A DNA stretch of 64,000 bases from Marsupella aquatica (taxonomy: Eukaryota; Plantae; Marchantiophyta), in contig OZ316898.1 of assembly GCA_973895155.1 (NCBI GenBank), positions 5,629,079-5,693,078 on the forward strand, given 5' to 3'. How positions within the stretch are numbered: position 1 is the stretch's first letter; every line of letters begins with the position of its first letter. A program made the position numbers and the translations under genes. The notes under the pieces were generated by a model that ran no database searches, had not been told where the DNA came from, and worked only from the letters and a program-made list of their open reading frames with translations. This document shows, one piece after another, positions 12,803-26,379 of this stretch.

Positions 12803-15191
12803 ATGGCTATGGCGGCAACAGCAGCGGCCGTGTGTGCCGTGTCTGCGTCGTCGACTTCGTTCTTCGCGGGCGCGTCGTCGTTGGAATGCCGGAGCAGTGG
12901 AGTGCAAATTGCCCAGTCGTTTCTAGTCCGCAACAATCGTGCAGCTGCGCCTTGCTCTGTCAAAGCGGGGTGCACCGGCATCAGCAGCACCAGCAGCAGC
13001 ACCAGCAGTAGAGAGAGTTGCCGGAGCGCGGTCTCAGCGATTACTAAGCTCAGCAGCAGCAGGCCTCGGAGCAGGGAATGGAGATGGCAAGCAGTGGCGG
13101 AGCAGCTGCAAGCGGCCGAGACCGAAGAGACTGCAGAGGAAGGATTCCCGTCCGACATGCTCTCCATTTTCTTCGAGGTCTCGTTTTTATCCCCTTTCTT
13201 CTGAAATTGTCTCTGTGATGAGGGACGGTTCGTTTCTCAGCGCTCGTTCTCCATTCTGTGTCAGGTATGATTCTCTGTCGATGAGAATCTGAATGAAGAA
13301 ACTGATGAGGTACTGTTGCTACTGAGGTTGATTCTTTCCTACAGTCTGCCAATTTTCGTACGAGATTAAGCATGGAGCTGAAGTTTTGGGTGTTTGTATG
13401 TGTGTGTCTGAAGGCGGAAGGTGGCTTGCCGGAGGCTTCAGTTGCCAAATTGACTACTGCTCTCGAGGTATGTCTTGTTTCTCTGTCCCAGTCTTGTCTT
13501 TGGTGGTGTAGAAAGGGACAGGTTTGGTCTTTCGCAGCTGTGGAGCCTCTGAGGGGGGTTTAACGGAACGAGTTGAGCGTCTGGTTGTTCTCGTACTCGG
13601 GAATTAGAGAGATTGACTTCTGATAATAGGGTCGCTTGCTGACGAGAGAACTTTGCATTGCGCTTCCTGCAGGCCGTTGAAGGTGTGAGTAATGTTGACG
13701 TAACTGCTACATCTGACGGCACAGCCACTGTTAGGGTAATGAACGCTTCTTGCAATCTCTCCCGTATTGTATCTGGATGTATCTGGGATTCGTTTCACAG
13801 GTTCAGAAGAGTTTATGTTGTCTGTATACTCCCACGGTAGGGTTCTGTCCAGTGACAAGTTCAAGACTAAGAGATCAATTTTCTCGAAGGTTGTGTGCTT
13901 GGTGGTAAACGCAAATATCGTCCTTGTTGAACAATTTGAAAGTTGCTTTGTAGCGTTGATTGGCGGGCTTGCAGGGTTTAGCTCAGAATTATCAGCCTCT
14001 TGCTGAGCCTTCTTTATGAGTGGATGGGATTTTTAGGTAGTGCAGCAATGGTGTGGAATTCTTGCTCCCACGCACTTGGGCATGGACTTAGATGCAAACC
14101 AAAGGCCAGCTCTCCTCCTCTGCCTCAGTTGTGGACAAGCACTCGTAGTTGGCTTTGAGCAGTAGTTCTTGGGGTAAAGGCCATAAGGATGGCAAGGTTG
14201 AAAAACCCATCGACAGACCATTGAGCACCACCACTCGCTTCAAAATGCGTCCTAAAACCAAACCAAAGCGTGGAATCCGACATGAATCATAAGCAGAGTC
14301 GTCAAGCAAGCATTTTACATATGCCAAGCCCTCTTGACTTAATCTTTATCTTAAGCGCACGAAGGTTACTTGTCCAAGAAATGGATAAATATTTCTTGAA
14401 TTGTCCATCTTATTTGTGGGAATTGTTTGAACCTTAGGTTTTCCTGCCAGGCAAATGATAAGAATGGCCTGCACCTCTAGCAGGGAGTTAGGGAATTCAC
14501 GGATGGTTGTGGGGAAGTCTTAATGTGGGGAATGTCTTCACTGGATTCTGAACTGAGTAGAAGTTTTCTGGGCATCGAACAGTCGCTTCCTGTCAGACGA
14601 AGTTAGTTCAAAAGCGTGGAATAGTTCGAGAATGTCTGTAAATAGCAGACAACAGTTTCTGCAATACACTGCAAGTTTGGTTCTACGAACAGAAATGCTG
14701 TCGCTGGAAACATATAGGGTGCGGAATCTATTTGTTATTACCAAATGGGTCCCGTGTAGTGATTGGCAAATGAATTAGCGGGGTTTCGTGGAGAAAGCAG
14801 AACCGTTTTGAGATTGGCGACTGAGAGCCAGAAATGGAACTCCATGGGATTGTGGCTAGGATTTCATCTGAGCGCGCAGCTCCTACCCTTGGGTCAATAA
14901 GCTCATTACGAATCTTCATGATGCATTTTCTGTATGGTACTAATAATAATATTAAGGTGGATTGGTACCAAGTTTAATTTATTATTCTTGTTTGTATTGC
15001 AGTTGACAAAACAAATGAATGTACAAGCAACGGGAGTGGCGTCAGGCTTGGTCGATGTTCTCCTCAAGGGAGGTTTCAAGCTCCAAGCACTGAATTTGGG
15101 GTTCGACGAAGAAGATGGAGATGATGATGACTTCTACGACTACGACCTTGCATCTTCTACAGAAGAGTCAGAAGTCGCAGAACAGATTTAG
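12803..15191 (+). CDS. Plastid-targeted heavy-metal-associated (HMA)-like domain protein, At5g14910-like, ~226 aa
   Basis: Exons 12803-13177, 13414-13467, 13673-13735, 15003-15191, all GT-AG and phase 0. Ser/Ala-rich transit peptide, then PSDMLSIFFEAEGGLPEASVAKLTTALEAVEGVSNVDV...LTKQMNVQATGVASGLVDVLLKGGFKLQALNLGFDEED, which I recognise from At5g14910. Confidence 0.88.
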
Positions 15192-16045
15192 ATTTTTTGC
15201 TAGCTGATAAACTGAGCTGGGGATTTAGACAGTGCTGGTCTTTTCGGTCGGAGAGGATTTGGTGATCTGAGGAAGGTGAAGGTTCGATTGTTAGAACACT
15301 TTCACATCTAGATGCATTTAGCTTTGGAACGTTTCTCCAAAGTAGCAGGTCTGGAGATTTTGATTCACTTGAAATGGTAAAGGTTCACCTTCTAAATACT
15401 GAGCTGTCTAGTGTTTAGAATAATGTGTTTCCCTATAATGCTCCGAAGGAGTCCTTAAAATGATATCAAACAGCAAATTTGCTAAGCCTATCTCTGTGTC
15501 TCATTTCATTGGTAGTGTAATCAATCTTGGGGGTGACTATCCTTTGCTTTGAATAAAAGGTCTGACTGAGTGAGCATTCTTAACAAACTCTCTGAATTGG
15601 TGTCCTTGGAAATTTCTTCCGGTTTATTAAAAGTCATCTTCTGAAACACACGGCTGCCCGACGTCCGGATATTCTTATTTCAACTTTAAAGGATCATTTT
15701 CATTGTAACGGAGCGTTGAATGTGCTCTCCCTAAACGAGAGGTCTTTGTGAAATTCCTTGCATACCCACGAGGGCTGTCGTTTGAAGCCCCAGTTGTTTC
15801 TGTAAGTGTTAAGTTGTGGGGGCGGGGCCAGTTCAGAGAAGGGGATCAACAACACAACTAAAACTTGAGTACTGTATTGCATATTGGACACTACACAGGT
15901 CTAGTTTGTGACCGGGGAAATCCTATCAGTCAAAAGTTGTTGCAATTGTTGTTGCACGCGAGCAGAACACAATCCCAATACTGACCTCAGTGGCATTCCT
16001 GACAGCCCCAAAGTCGCATTCCTGACAGCCCCAAAGTATGTATAT

Positions 16046-16916
16046 TTGTTGCATATTGGATATCCAAATGAAAATGTTTTTCCCTGTGGGGCCCATCAAG
16101 TCTTTTGTTGCATATCTGCGTTGGAATATCCAAGCTAAAAATGTTTTTTTCCTGGCCGGGGCCACAAGTCTTTTGTTGCATATAAAATTGTAACTTACAA
16201 ATGAAAAAGGGCCATCAAGTCTTTTGTTGCATATCTGCATTGGGACATCCAACTGCAAATTATTTTTGCCGGGGCCACAAGACTTTTTTGTTGCATGTCT
16301 GCATTGTAACATCCAAGTGAACACTGTTTTTCTTCCTGACCGGGGGCATGAGTCTTTTGTTGCATATATACTGTGTAACATACAAATGAAAAAGGGCCAT
16401 CAATTCTTTTGTTGCATATGTGCATTGGAACATCCAAGTGCAAAATGGTTTTTTCCTGGCTGGGGCCACGTGTCGTTTGTTGCATATCTGCAATGTAACA
16501 TACAAGTGAAAAAGGACCATCAAGTCTTTTGTTGCATATCTGCATTGGAACATCCAACTGAAAAATAAAAAATTGCACAAGTCTTTCTTTGCATATCTGC
16601 AATGTACAAGATACAAATGAAAAAGGGCAATTGAGTCTGTGGCTGCATATCTGCATTGTAACATACAAATGAAAAAGGGCCATCAAGTCTTTTGTTGCAT
16701 ATCTGCATTGTAACTCCAAGTGATAAATGTTTTCCCGCTGACCCAGCAGCAAGGGGGGTGGGGGAGTCCTTTGTTGCATTTCTGCATTGTAACATACAAA
16801 TGAAAAAGGGCCATCAAGTCTTTTGCTGCATATCTGCATTGTAACATACAAATGAAAAAGGGCCATCAAGTCTTGTGTGGCACATCTGCATTTGTAACAT
16901 ACAAATGAAAAATCCA
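16046..16916. repeat. Higher-order minisatellite: ~17 copies of a ~32-bp core with two classes of linker
   Basis: Core aagtcttttgttgcatatctgcattg(t/g)aacat, followed by either acaaatgaaaaagggccatc (52-bp unit) or ccaagtg...ttttcctggccggggccac (about 60-75-bp unit). Confidence 0.95.
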
Positions 16917-17672
16917 AGGCAGCTCCAAGGAGGGCATGCTGGCAGTAGCTACAGTACAGTCCAGAAGCAACTGAATGGACATGTGGCACGCTCCAGACCC
17001 TCTCCCCTTTTCATGCTGAAGGTGTCATTGATGGCCCCGAGGGGACATGCAGAATTCAACGAGAATGTGACAAAACTCGATCCACCGCCTTGGAGAAGTC
17101 GTTGCTCTGCCCAAAGCACCTTCTAGCCTTACGATCTTTCTCCGTCCCTTGGGTGGACCCACACCAACGACCACTGAATGGACGGCCCCTAGAGAAAGAA
17201 TCAGTAAATCAATTAAGAAGAAGCCCCTTCAATTGCTCGCTGCCTCCTCAGTCCCGAAGAATAGACATAGGCTGCTTCTCAATTGAATGGGTGGTCTGTT
17301 GTTGTTCGTCATGCTCCACCGTACTGGACACGAGAATTTATGCGAGAACAAGAGAGGATGAGAGGATGATGCAGTCGAGAGCAGCTCGTTTACTGTTGTG
17401 GGCGAGAGAGTGATGATTGGGTGGATAGAATGAGCAGGGAGCTATACACTGTTCGAGAATCGTTGGAAGTCCCGTTAGTCGCGGACCATATTCCCAGCAG
17501 CAGCTGCAGCAGGGGAAGCTTTGTTGTCCCTTGTGAAGCGAATGCTACGGGTTTTTCCCTCTGCTGGGTCTCAAAACAGATTCTTCTTCTTCTGAGTGAG
17601 TGAGTACCTAAGGAGGCTGGTTCGTGGGTGCAGAGTTTTTAGTTCTCTTTTGACCCAGAGAATCACGGTATT

Positions 17673-20600
17673 ATGGCTCTGTGCACTAGCAAGGTCGTTT
17701 CCAGCTCCGGAATTCATTGCAGCCCCTCCACCCAGTCCTCCAGGAATAGGAGGGAAGGAGAGAGCAATGTGAAGAGGGTTGTAGCTGGAGGGTATCAAGG
17801 GGGAAGAGCAATTCAGTGGAAAGTTTTGGGCTACTCCAATATATTTGGCCGTGACCGTGACAATGGCAAGAAGGGCCACAAGGTTGCCGCTGTTCTGAGG
17901 AATGCCGTGGGTTCTGACCGGAGTCAGCAGGCATTAGTGAATTGGAATTTTGATTTGAGTGGGGACACGTCTGTAGCTTTCTCTGGCGCCCGCTTTGCCC
18001 AGAGTGTGAGGAAACGAGATGGCAAGTTGGGGGTGTCTCAGGCTCTCGCAGAGGATGGTGAAACGCCGTCTGATGTGAAATTGGAGGTAATATGCAATGC
18101 GCGTGTTTGATTCATGGAGAAAATTCTTCAGTGGTGTACTAATGGTGCATGACGTGCCTCTTACCTTAACTTTCACTGCCAACTCTGCATTCCCTGCCGT
18201 TATCCTCTTCGAGCATGCATGCATGTTGTGCCCGTGCCTAGTACTTCTCGCATTTGCTGTCCTTTGACGTAATTGTAGAGTTCTTGCGGAGCTCCCTTAT
18301 TTGGTTTGAAAGATTGAGCTTGTAGTTGGACTGGAAGGGTTGGTCAGCTGGACATGGGATTTTGGCGATGCGGGCGTTTTGTACCGAACTGGAGGAAAGT
18401 TTGAAAAGGATGGTCTATGATCTGTGGTAGTATGGAATGGACTAAGAGGCAGGAGATGGTAAACGAACTGGACGGTTGGATAAGCTGAAACTGCTTTGTG
18501 AAATCGTGGGTGGATTGTACTGTCCTACAAAGGGGGAGGGTTGGACAAAGTTGGACCCTAGTCAATCATCTCTAGCGAAACACTATGGGAACCAACAAGA
18601 AGCAAGCCCTAGCCTGCTACTCCTGATTTGAATATTTAAAAGAATTGGAGTAATGCTGTTGTTGATGTGTGGCAGTCTGATTCATTAGCGGACGAATGGC
18701 TGGAGCCGTCAGCTGCATTCTCACAATGGGATGCAACGACTGCTCGTTTAGCCGACTCAGCGACAGCCGCCTTTTTGCTCCTGCAACTTCCTCAAATTAT
18801 CCTCAATACACAAAATTTACTCGCCGGCAACAACACTGCCCTTTTCGCCGTGCCTTGGATGGTAAGTATTTTCTCTTGCAATATCTTATGGTGAAAAGTA
18901 GTCGCAATTTGATTTGGCTATTGTTTGTGGCGGAGCGTTAATTCCTTTTGCACTTCTGGACCTGCCTCTTGAGAAAGCTTTCTGTTTTTTTACGGTTTCT
19001 TTTCATGAGGAAGACATTGCCGAGAGGCATTTTTCTCTTTCTATCTGGAGATTGAGAATGTGGTTATACAAAATCTTCTGCACTTGCTGTCGTTGATCAT
19101 CGCATGACTTGTTGCACATTCCTCCCCATACGTTAACACCATGGGTGCGAGAGGGGACAAGAACGAAATGGAACAGCTATATGCAATGAATAACATTCCA
19201 GATTTCAGATGCTCTGCAGTCTGATTCAAAGTCTCTGCAGTCTGATTCAAAGTCTCAAACTTCAGGAGGCTTCAGTGCCCTTTCAGAACGGCGAACCTTT
19301 GAGAGCTTGTCGTGGCGGATCCTACTTCTACGGGAACAACCTTCGGCCACTCCAAGAAATCCACCAGGAATGTTGAAATGTCAAGAGTAACGAAGCACGG
19401 TTACGTAACTCGCCTTAAGATGTGGCTTCAGCAAACCCTAAATCATTTAACTGAGCCATGAGATCTGACTTGACCTTCGCACTTTATTTTCTTTCAGCCG
19501 TTCCTCTAATAATCACTCACATTATTCTACCGGAAGCGACATACATTTGAGGTAGTATCAGAACTAAATTCTCTATTCCAAGCTCTTCTGGTGTCCTCTC
19601 CCCCACTAATCCTTCTTTTGCTGAATGGTAACAGCACACGTAGAGGGTCGCTTTTGCTCAGCACGTACCATGCGTTCACAGCGCACCTCACGCTGACAGC
19701 ATTTCCGGAAGGATAACTCTACTAAGCAGGCTGCGAGAGTGTATTTGATAGGCATCAGACTTCTCTGGGCGCTCACCTATCGTCAAAGTTACATGTAACT
19801 CTCCGTTTAGCTGAGATGATGTGGGCAAGCAATATTTTTGCATTTCAGGACATTGTGCTGACGAAGGTTCTTTTGCTTTCGGTTGCAGGGTCAACTAACC
19901 GGACTGCTGGGAAATTTGTCTCTGCTGTCCTATTTTGCTAGTAAGAAGGAACGAGGTGCCATGGTTGTTCAAGGAGTAGGTGTGGTTTCGACTTTAGTGG
20001 TTCTCAGTCAGCTGGCAATTGCAGGAGCAATGCCAAGTGCAGCTTTTACAGTGACTGCATCTGTAGTTCTTGTTGGATTAGTTCTCAACTTCCTCAATTA
20101 CAGTAATAAGCTGAGTCCAGAAATATGGAGACTTTGGGGAGAGGCTGTCAGCATTGGAGGAGTAACAGTTTTGCCCCAGGTTAGAGCTTTTGGTTTGAAC
20201 TATTTTCTATTATAAACCATATTTTAAACCAGATTTTTGAATCTATGGGCCAGAAAAGGGAGCTTTTTGAAGTTCCGTAGCATATTTGCTAATTAGTTAG
20301 CCGTTATCGAAATGCAGGTTATGTGGTCTACATTTGAACCCTACATTCCCCACAGTACTTTACCTGGAACCGTGTTCGGAATACTTTCTCTGACCATGAT
20401 CATCTTGGTACGACTCTAAGCTTCAAGCTATTGATCACAATAATGCCTGGTAATGTTGAATAAGTTTGTCACCTACTCTCATTTAAAATTGCATGTAAAT
20501 GTGATATCTCTATGTCACGTTAAACTTGTTGGTCTTCACAATGTATGTGTCTTCAGCAGTTCGAAATGTTTTGAAATCTATTACTTCCATTATACTCCCC

Positions 20601-21833
20601 GCACTTTGTCGCTGTCTGCAGGCCCGCTTGGGAAAACTACCATCAAAAGCCAAAAGCATGATTGGCGCTGTATCTGCGTGGACCGCCACTCTCCTCTTCA
20701 TGTGGGCGCCTGTAGCACAATGGGTAAGCTTAACTTCGATCCCTAAAAGTAATTAGTATCTTGCTTGATTAAATTGAGTATCAGTGGTCTCTTAAAGATT
20801 TTAAGTTTTAGGCATATTCAAGTTTTAAAGTAACGTGGTCATTCTATGATTTCATGACAGTGGCAAAATTATCTTTATCCTGCGAACATCAAAGGGCTTT
20901 CTGTGTTCACTGTTTTGCTGGCTATGGTAGGCAATTGCCTCCTTCTTCCACGTGCCCTGTTCACACGTGATCTCATGTGGTAAGTATTCCATCCACCACA
21001 TTAGTGTGACTCCTTTTAGAGCGACAACTTTCTGACCAAGTCTTCCTGGATTACGCAAGACACGTATTCTGAATTGAGATTAATTCAAGGATTTATCGAA
21101 GGTGAAAATTACGATTGTTTTGATGCTTGAACGCCGACTTTACTGTTCCACCTTGACAGGTTCACTGGGTCGGGTTGGGGAACTATGATTCAAGGCTGGG
21201 GAATCTTGATCAGCATGTACCTGTAAGACATTCCAACTGCCCTATAATGTGTTGCTGACTGATGGCTCGATACTGATGGAGTGAATGCAAAGACATGTGA
21301 TCAGTTGATGTTTTCCTTGGACTAATGCAATTGTTCGAAATACAGTGTTAAGATTATTCCGGACACCACCTTCTGGGGAGTTACTGCTGTCTTGTTTCTT
21401 TGGTTGAGTAAGTCTTCTCTTCACCCATCATTTCTTAAGATGATTGCTTGTAAATATTGGCTTCTGGAGCACACGAGGTTCAGGTCCTCGTCATGCTACT
21501 CTATGGGATCCTTCTTTCAATCGCCACCTAGGATGCATTTATCTACTCTTGTAGGACGGAGGTGGCAGGGAAGGACTTAATCCCAAGGATTCCCATTTTG
21601 TGCCAATTTCTTTTCTGTTTATGCTAGGGTACGTCACGAAAAGAAAAAAGGAAAAAAAATTGTAACAGATCATTAGCAATGCACCAGTAAATTTCCATAC
21701 TTTGTCTTTCTCTACACTAATTGGATTATATCTCAATGCAGGCACGATGCTATGGAAGGATTCCAAGGCTTATGACCTCAGCTCGCCGCTCACACCACTT
21801 ATTGAGCTTGTCACAGGGAAGAGGTTGTCATGA
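17673..21833 (+). CDS. MEX1: Maltose excess protein 1, chloroplast envelope maltose transporter
   Basis: Nine exons: 17673-18086, 18676-18861, 19889-20179, 20318-20407, 20622-20723, 20861-20979, 21160-21222, 21346-21407, 21742-21833. Diagnostic motifs LQLPQIILNTQNLLAGNNTALFAVPW, TGLLGNLSLLSYF, VMWSTF, PANIKGLS, PRALFTRDLMWFTGS. N-terminal transit peptide. Confidence 0.95.
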
Positions 21834-22826
21834 CAAAACAGAGCACGTAAAATCAAAAGATGTTGTAAAAAGAGGATTGAAGCAAGTTTCTGCTGCATCC
21901 CTGTTGAGGTTCCCAGTGTCATGAATCATGAATTCACGAAATCGTAATACAAATTGTGTTGGTGACCTGTTCCATTTTAATTTATTTGGGTTACAAAGCG
22001 AGGCCTGCTATCCATTAAGAACTGGGAAGACATTTCGCGTGGCACCTGCCACAGTGCAGTGTTGACAATGATGAGCCTTATCGAGTACTTTGAACGTTGA
22101 GGAACAGTGCAAATAATCTCGAATGGGTACATAACTACACTCGATAGATATTTCAATGACAAACACACAGTGGAGCGAGAGACTGAAGAACCGAATTTAA
22201 CCACAAATCCATCAGGCCATGAAATCTTACCTTCAACTTAGTTGTGGGAGAATTCAAAAATGGTATTCAGAGAAGTCAGAGAACATGTACAGCTCCCCCA
22301 TTGAAAGTACAATAATGGGAACTCTTAGTCCTCATCCATATGAAGTGTTCGTCTACTATGCACTCAAATCTAACATTATCTTCATCAAAATCAAGGTTGT
22401 ATCTCCTGAAGTGTGGAAGGAAGAAAGTAAGTCTAGTGCACCAAATTACTGGCCGGGCCAGCTTCCTTCCTGCAGAGGAGGACTCAAATGCAGCCAACTT
22501 TTTTTTCCCCAGTTGACCAAAGATTTGGTCCCAATAAGACTGACAATAGAATACTTCCCCTCTGCACATCGGCTTAACAAATAACATGTAAAACACGACA
22601 GTGCATTTTTGCCGAATAGTTTTCTCAGTCTGTTTACTAAAAGTTAGTGTGGCCGGGAACCTCCCTAGCTGTTGGCACCATGATTATGGTGACATTTTTC
22701 CTCAACCAAGAGATGAACTAAATGTGCCATTGCTCCTTTTCCATGTTCCTATCACCCAAGCTTACACACTCTAACATCTAGTTGCTAGGCTAACTTGCCA
22801 ACTCTCCACAGCAGTTGATTGCCTGG

Positions 22827-22898
22827 TCATCTCACTTGCTCAACAAGTACTACTCACAATGTTCATCTCACTTGCTCAACAAGTACTACTCACAATGT
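22827..22898. repeat. Perfect 36-bp tandem duplication
   Basis: tcatctcacttgctcaacaagtactactcacaatgt x2. Confidence 0.95.
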
Positions 22899-23799
22899 TG
22901 TGCAATGGAGTGACATTGGGCTAGTTCAGGTAATAACTGGTTACTTGGTCTTTTAAAAAGAATATGATGCTTGCAAAAAATGTGCCTGGAAGCAGTCGTT
23001 TTTTTCGTTATTTCTGCAAAATATTGCAAAATTCTTACACAAAATATATGGTCGATCTAAAGTCCCAAACTTCTTTCAGCTGTTACCACACTTCGAAGAA
23101 AGGAATTTCTTGTACCCTGCTTTCATTATTTTACTTTTCTTTAAAGCTCACCATGCAAGACAAATCCTTAAAACACTCTCATGTCTTTAATTTATGTGGG
23201 CACCTTGGGGTAATAGACAACATTGAATGACGGGACCCAAAGGCACCAATAATGAGTTTTCCATGAAGGCTCATCCAAAATCACCTTGGTACATGTGCAT
23301 AATTTTATAAAATTAAAATTGGCTTTCTGGACAATCAGTCTCCTGCTATACTACAGTGGAGAGTAGACCCTGGTCCCCCAAGCGTCATGGCCTACATGCA
23401 CCCTTGCCTTGCCTTGCCATTGAAGACTTAGTGCAACGTGCCTTCCATTGGCCTCATTTCTTTGCCAATAATCAAAAGCTTTCCGCTTTCCTTATACTCA
23501 CCCCCAAAACTATTGTACCTGCTCCCTTTAGTGGGCCCATTTTCCTGTCCTGATCTAAACTTCTCTTTGGAGAAATATTCCCCATCCAAAACTCATTGAC
23601 ATGGTGAGAAATATTCCTCATCCAAAACTCACTGCACCTGGTCAGTTCCACTCCCCTATGTCAAACCAAAGTTTTGGCAGAGCAAGATATGTATTTGGAA
23701 TAACTCTTGATGATTTAAACAGAATAATTATGTTTATCATGATATGGAATAACACCCTGCATTGTATATCGTCACATTTTGATGTACCATTAGTGGGAC

Positions 23800-25135
23800 G
23801 CAAATTTTTGCCAGGGTAAAGAAGAATGATATGTGATCCAAAACTCGCAGTTGAATTGATGAATGCCAAACAGAAGTTTACTGATGGGCTGGCCAGTTCC
23901 GCTTTCCTGTCCCAAACCAAAGTTTTGCCAGTGTAGGAGAAGGATGTGCAATCCAAACAGCATGGACGAGTTGATGAATGCCAAACCAAACTTTCCTTTT
24001 TCTGCCCTCTGCCAGGGTAGAGGAGAAAGATGCCTGATCCAATGTCAAGGACAAATGATGTCAAATTCTTTTTTGAGAGTGGGTCAGTTTCACTTTCCTG
24101 TCCCAAACCAAATGTTTCTTGGGGTAGAGGAGGAGGATGCTCGATCCAAACCATGGACGTGTGCCAAACCAAACTTTTATTTTTCCGCCCCCTGCAAGGG
24201 TAGTGAGAAAATATGCCCGATCCAACTATTAAGGATGAATGCCGGCAAACTCTTTCAATCTTGGGGTGGGCCAGTTCCAAATTCCTGTCCCAAAGCAAAC
24301 TTTCCTTTTTCTATCCTCTCCCAGGTAGAGGAGAAAGATGGATAAAGGTGCCAATGCAATAATACCAAACCAAACTTTGCTTTTTCTCTCCAGATGTTGT
24401 GGCCAAAGCAATGAACGCTGACCCAATCTCTTTTTCTTTTTTCTGTCAGCAAGTGTGGAGAAGAAATGCCAATACATTTCTGTTTTTAATTTGGTCTCAG
24501 TCAGGATAGAGGAGAGGGATGCCCAATCCAAACATTGTGGGAATGCCAACCAAACCTTGTTTTTGCCTCGCCAGGGTAAAGGAGACGGATGCCTGATCCA
24601 AATATTGTGGACTGGTAGACATATACCAAACCAAAAATAAATAAATTTCCGCCTCAGCTAGGGTATAGGAGAGGGATGCCTGAATCCAAATATCTTGGTT
24701 AAATGGACAAATGCCAAAACCAAACTTTTATTTCTTTCTGCCTTGGCCAGAGTAGAGAAGAATGTGCCCCATCTAAATATTGTGGGCAAATGGACGAATG
24801 CCAAACTAAATTTTTTCTTTTGTTGCTGTGGGCCAACATACAGGAGAAAGATGCCCAATCCAAGTATCGTGGGCAAATGGACTACTGCCAAACCCAAGTT
24901 TTTCTTTTTTCCAAGTTGGTCCTGTCCCGACCCAAACCTTTTTTTTTCCCCTAAGGGTGGGTCAGTCTCATTTTCCTGTCTCAAACGAAACTTTTATTTT
25001 CCCACCCTCTCCTAGGGTAAAGGAGAAAGACGCCCGAACCAAATATCGAGGGCGAATGGACGCATCCCGAACCATACCTTCTATTATTGTTTTCGTTCGG
25101 CCATAGGCGACGAGAAAGATGCCCGAACCAAAGTT
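23800..25135. repeat. Degenerate tandem array upstream of the TAXIMIN gene (units about 60-120 bp)
   Basis: More than 10 recurrences of (gggtag)aggagaaagatgccc(g/a)atccaaa...(tgg)acgaatgccaaaccaaac...tttt. Confidence 0.85.
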
Positions 25136-25211
25136 CGACGACGGACGGACGGACGGACGGACGGACGAACGGACGGACGGACGAACGGACGGACGGACGA
25201 ACGGACGGACG
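25136..25211. repeat. (GACG/ACGG)n tetranucleotide microsatellite
   Basis: acggacggacggacgg...gaacggacggac, about 18 units with occasional GAAC variants. Confidence 0.95.
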
Positions 25212-26379
25212 AGTTGGATACCGGTTTGACGGCGGCGCTCTCTCATCGTTTCCTTCATTCGCGGGTTTACCTCTCTCGTCATCGTCTCTGTTTTCATCAT
25301 TCTGCACTCGAGTTTTAGTACTCTCCTCGTTCGAAGCAGAGGTGTGGTCTCGAATTGATTTATAATATATTATATTCAATCAAAGGTCGCTCGACTGGTC
25401 GATGTTTGCATGAACCAACAAACGCTGACGCACGGCTGTTGCTTTTCGTTTCGTAAATTCGCGGCAAAGGAAACGGTCAAAGTGGTGGGCGCTGAGCAGA
25501 GAATGAAAGCAGAGAGAAGTGTAGAGGATTAGCATCGAGAACAGAGTCGGCACATCCTGGGCCGGCTGCTGGCTGGGCGCATCGGTGGGAGAGACGGAGA
25601 CAGGAGGAGGAATCAACGCCTGCTTTTGCTTTTGCTTGCGGCAAGGAGTGAGTGACTTTGACGACGGAGCGATTGACGTTTGACGGGCCAACCTTTGATC
25701 GCAATCATTCTGAAATCGCTCAGTGGAGAAATCGCCTGAGTCGGGAAATCGCTTCGGTGAAACGGAGTAGTGTAACCGCTGGTATTTCTAGTCCTCTTCC
25801 ATCAGACGAGGGGAGGGGAGGGGAGGGGAGTCAGCCTATCTCGGATATCTCGGGAGAGTAAGCAGTACCGTACCGTTGTAGTCAAAGTGAGAGAGGAAGC
25901 ACGTGAATCTTACGAGGACTTCGGTTTACTGCGATTCGATTGACCCCCTGCTTGCTGCACGAGACCTCGGACGAAGAGACTGGACTCGAGTTTTGATCGA
26001 AGGATCACGCTGGCATTGAAGCGCCGTGCTCTTTTCTCTTTGGTTTGGTTTGGTTTCCATTCTTCGAGGTTATGAGGAGAGAAGAACCGAGACAGTCCGG
26101 TTGATCATCGATCGGATAGACGTTATTGTTGTTGGGACGGTCTCTGTCCTGTCGGAGGGAGAGCTTGTGCAAAGCGAATTGTAGAGGAGCCCTCATCTCA
26201 GGCGACATTCTGGGCAATTGAGTAGAGATTACAGTCATTGAAGTCAGTTGGTCGTCATTTTCGCTCAACAAACAAACTACAGTGCAGTACAGTACAGTAC
26301 CGGAATTTTGCTGTGGCGTTTTGGAGCTGAGCAGTAGACGAAAGGAGGAGGGAACACAGGAGACGCGTCATTATTCATC

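Noticed and set aside
12463-13448. Overlapping alternative-frame and antisense ORFs over exon 1 of the HMA-like gene
   Set aside because: Shadow ORFs of GC-rich coding sequence with no recognisable motifs.
15889-15900. CACTA transposon terminus (CACTACACAGG) before the array
   Set aside because: No matching inverted end or 3-bp TSD found downstream.
16046-16916. CRISPR array
   Set aside because: The linkers are homologous to each other in two classes, the repeats are degenerate, there are no cas genes, and the context is a plant nuclear genome.
15926-16989. ORFs of 264, 151 and 134 aa on the minus strand
   Set aside because: They are translations of the minisatellite; the same peptides recur in different frames.
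23642-25379. ORFs of 100-218 aa, including RPSV/TDGR repeats
   Set aside because: By-products of the degenerate array and the (GACG)n microsatellite.
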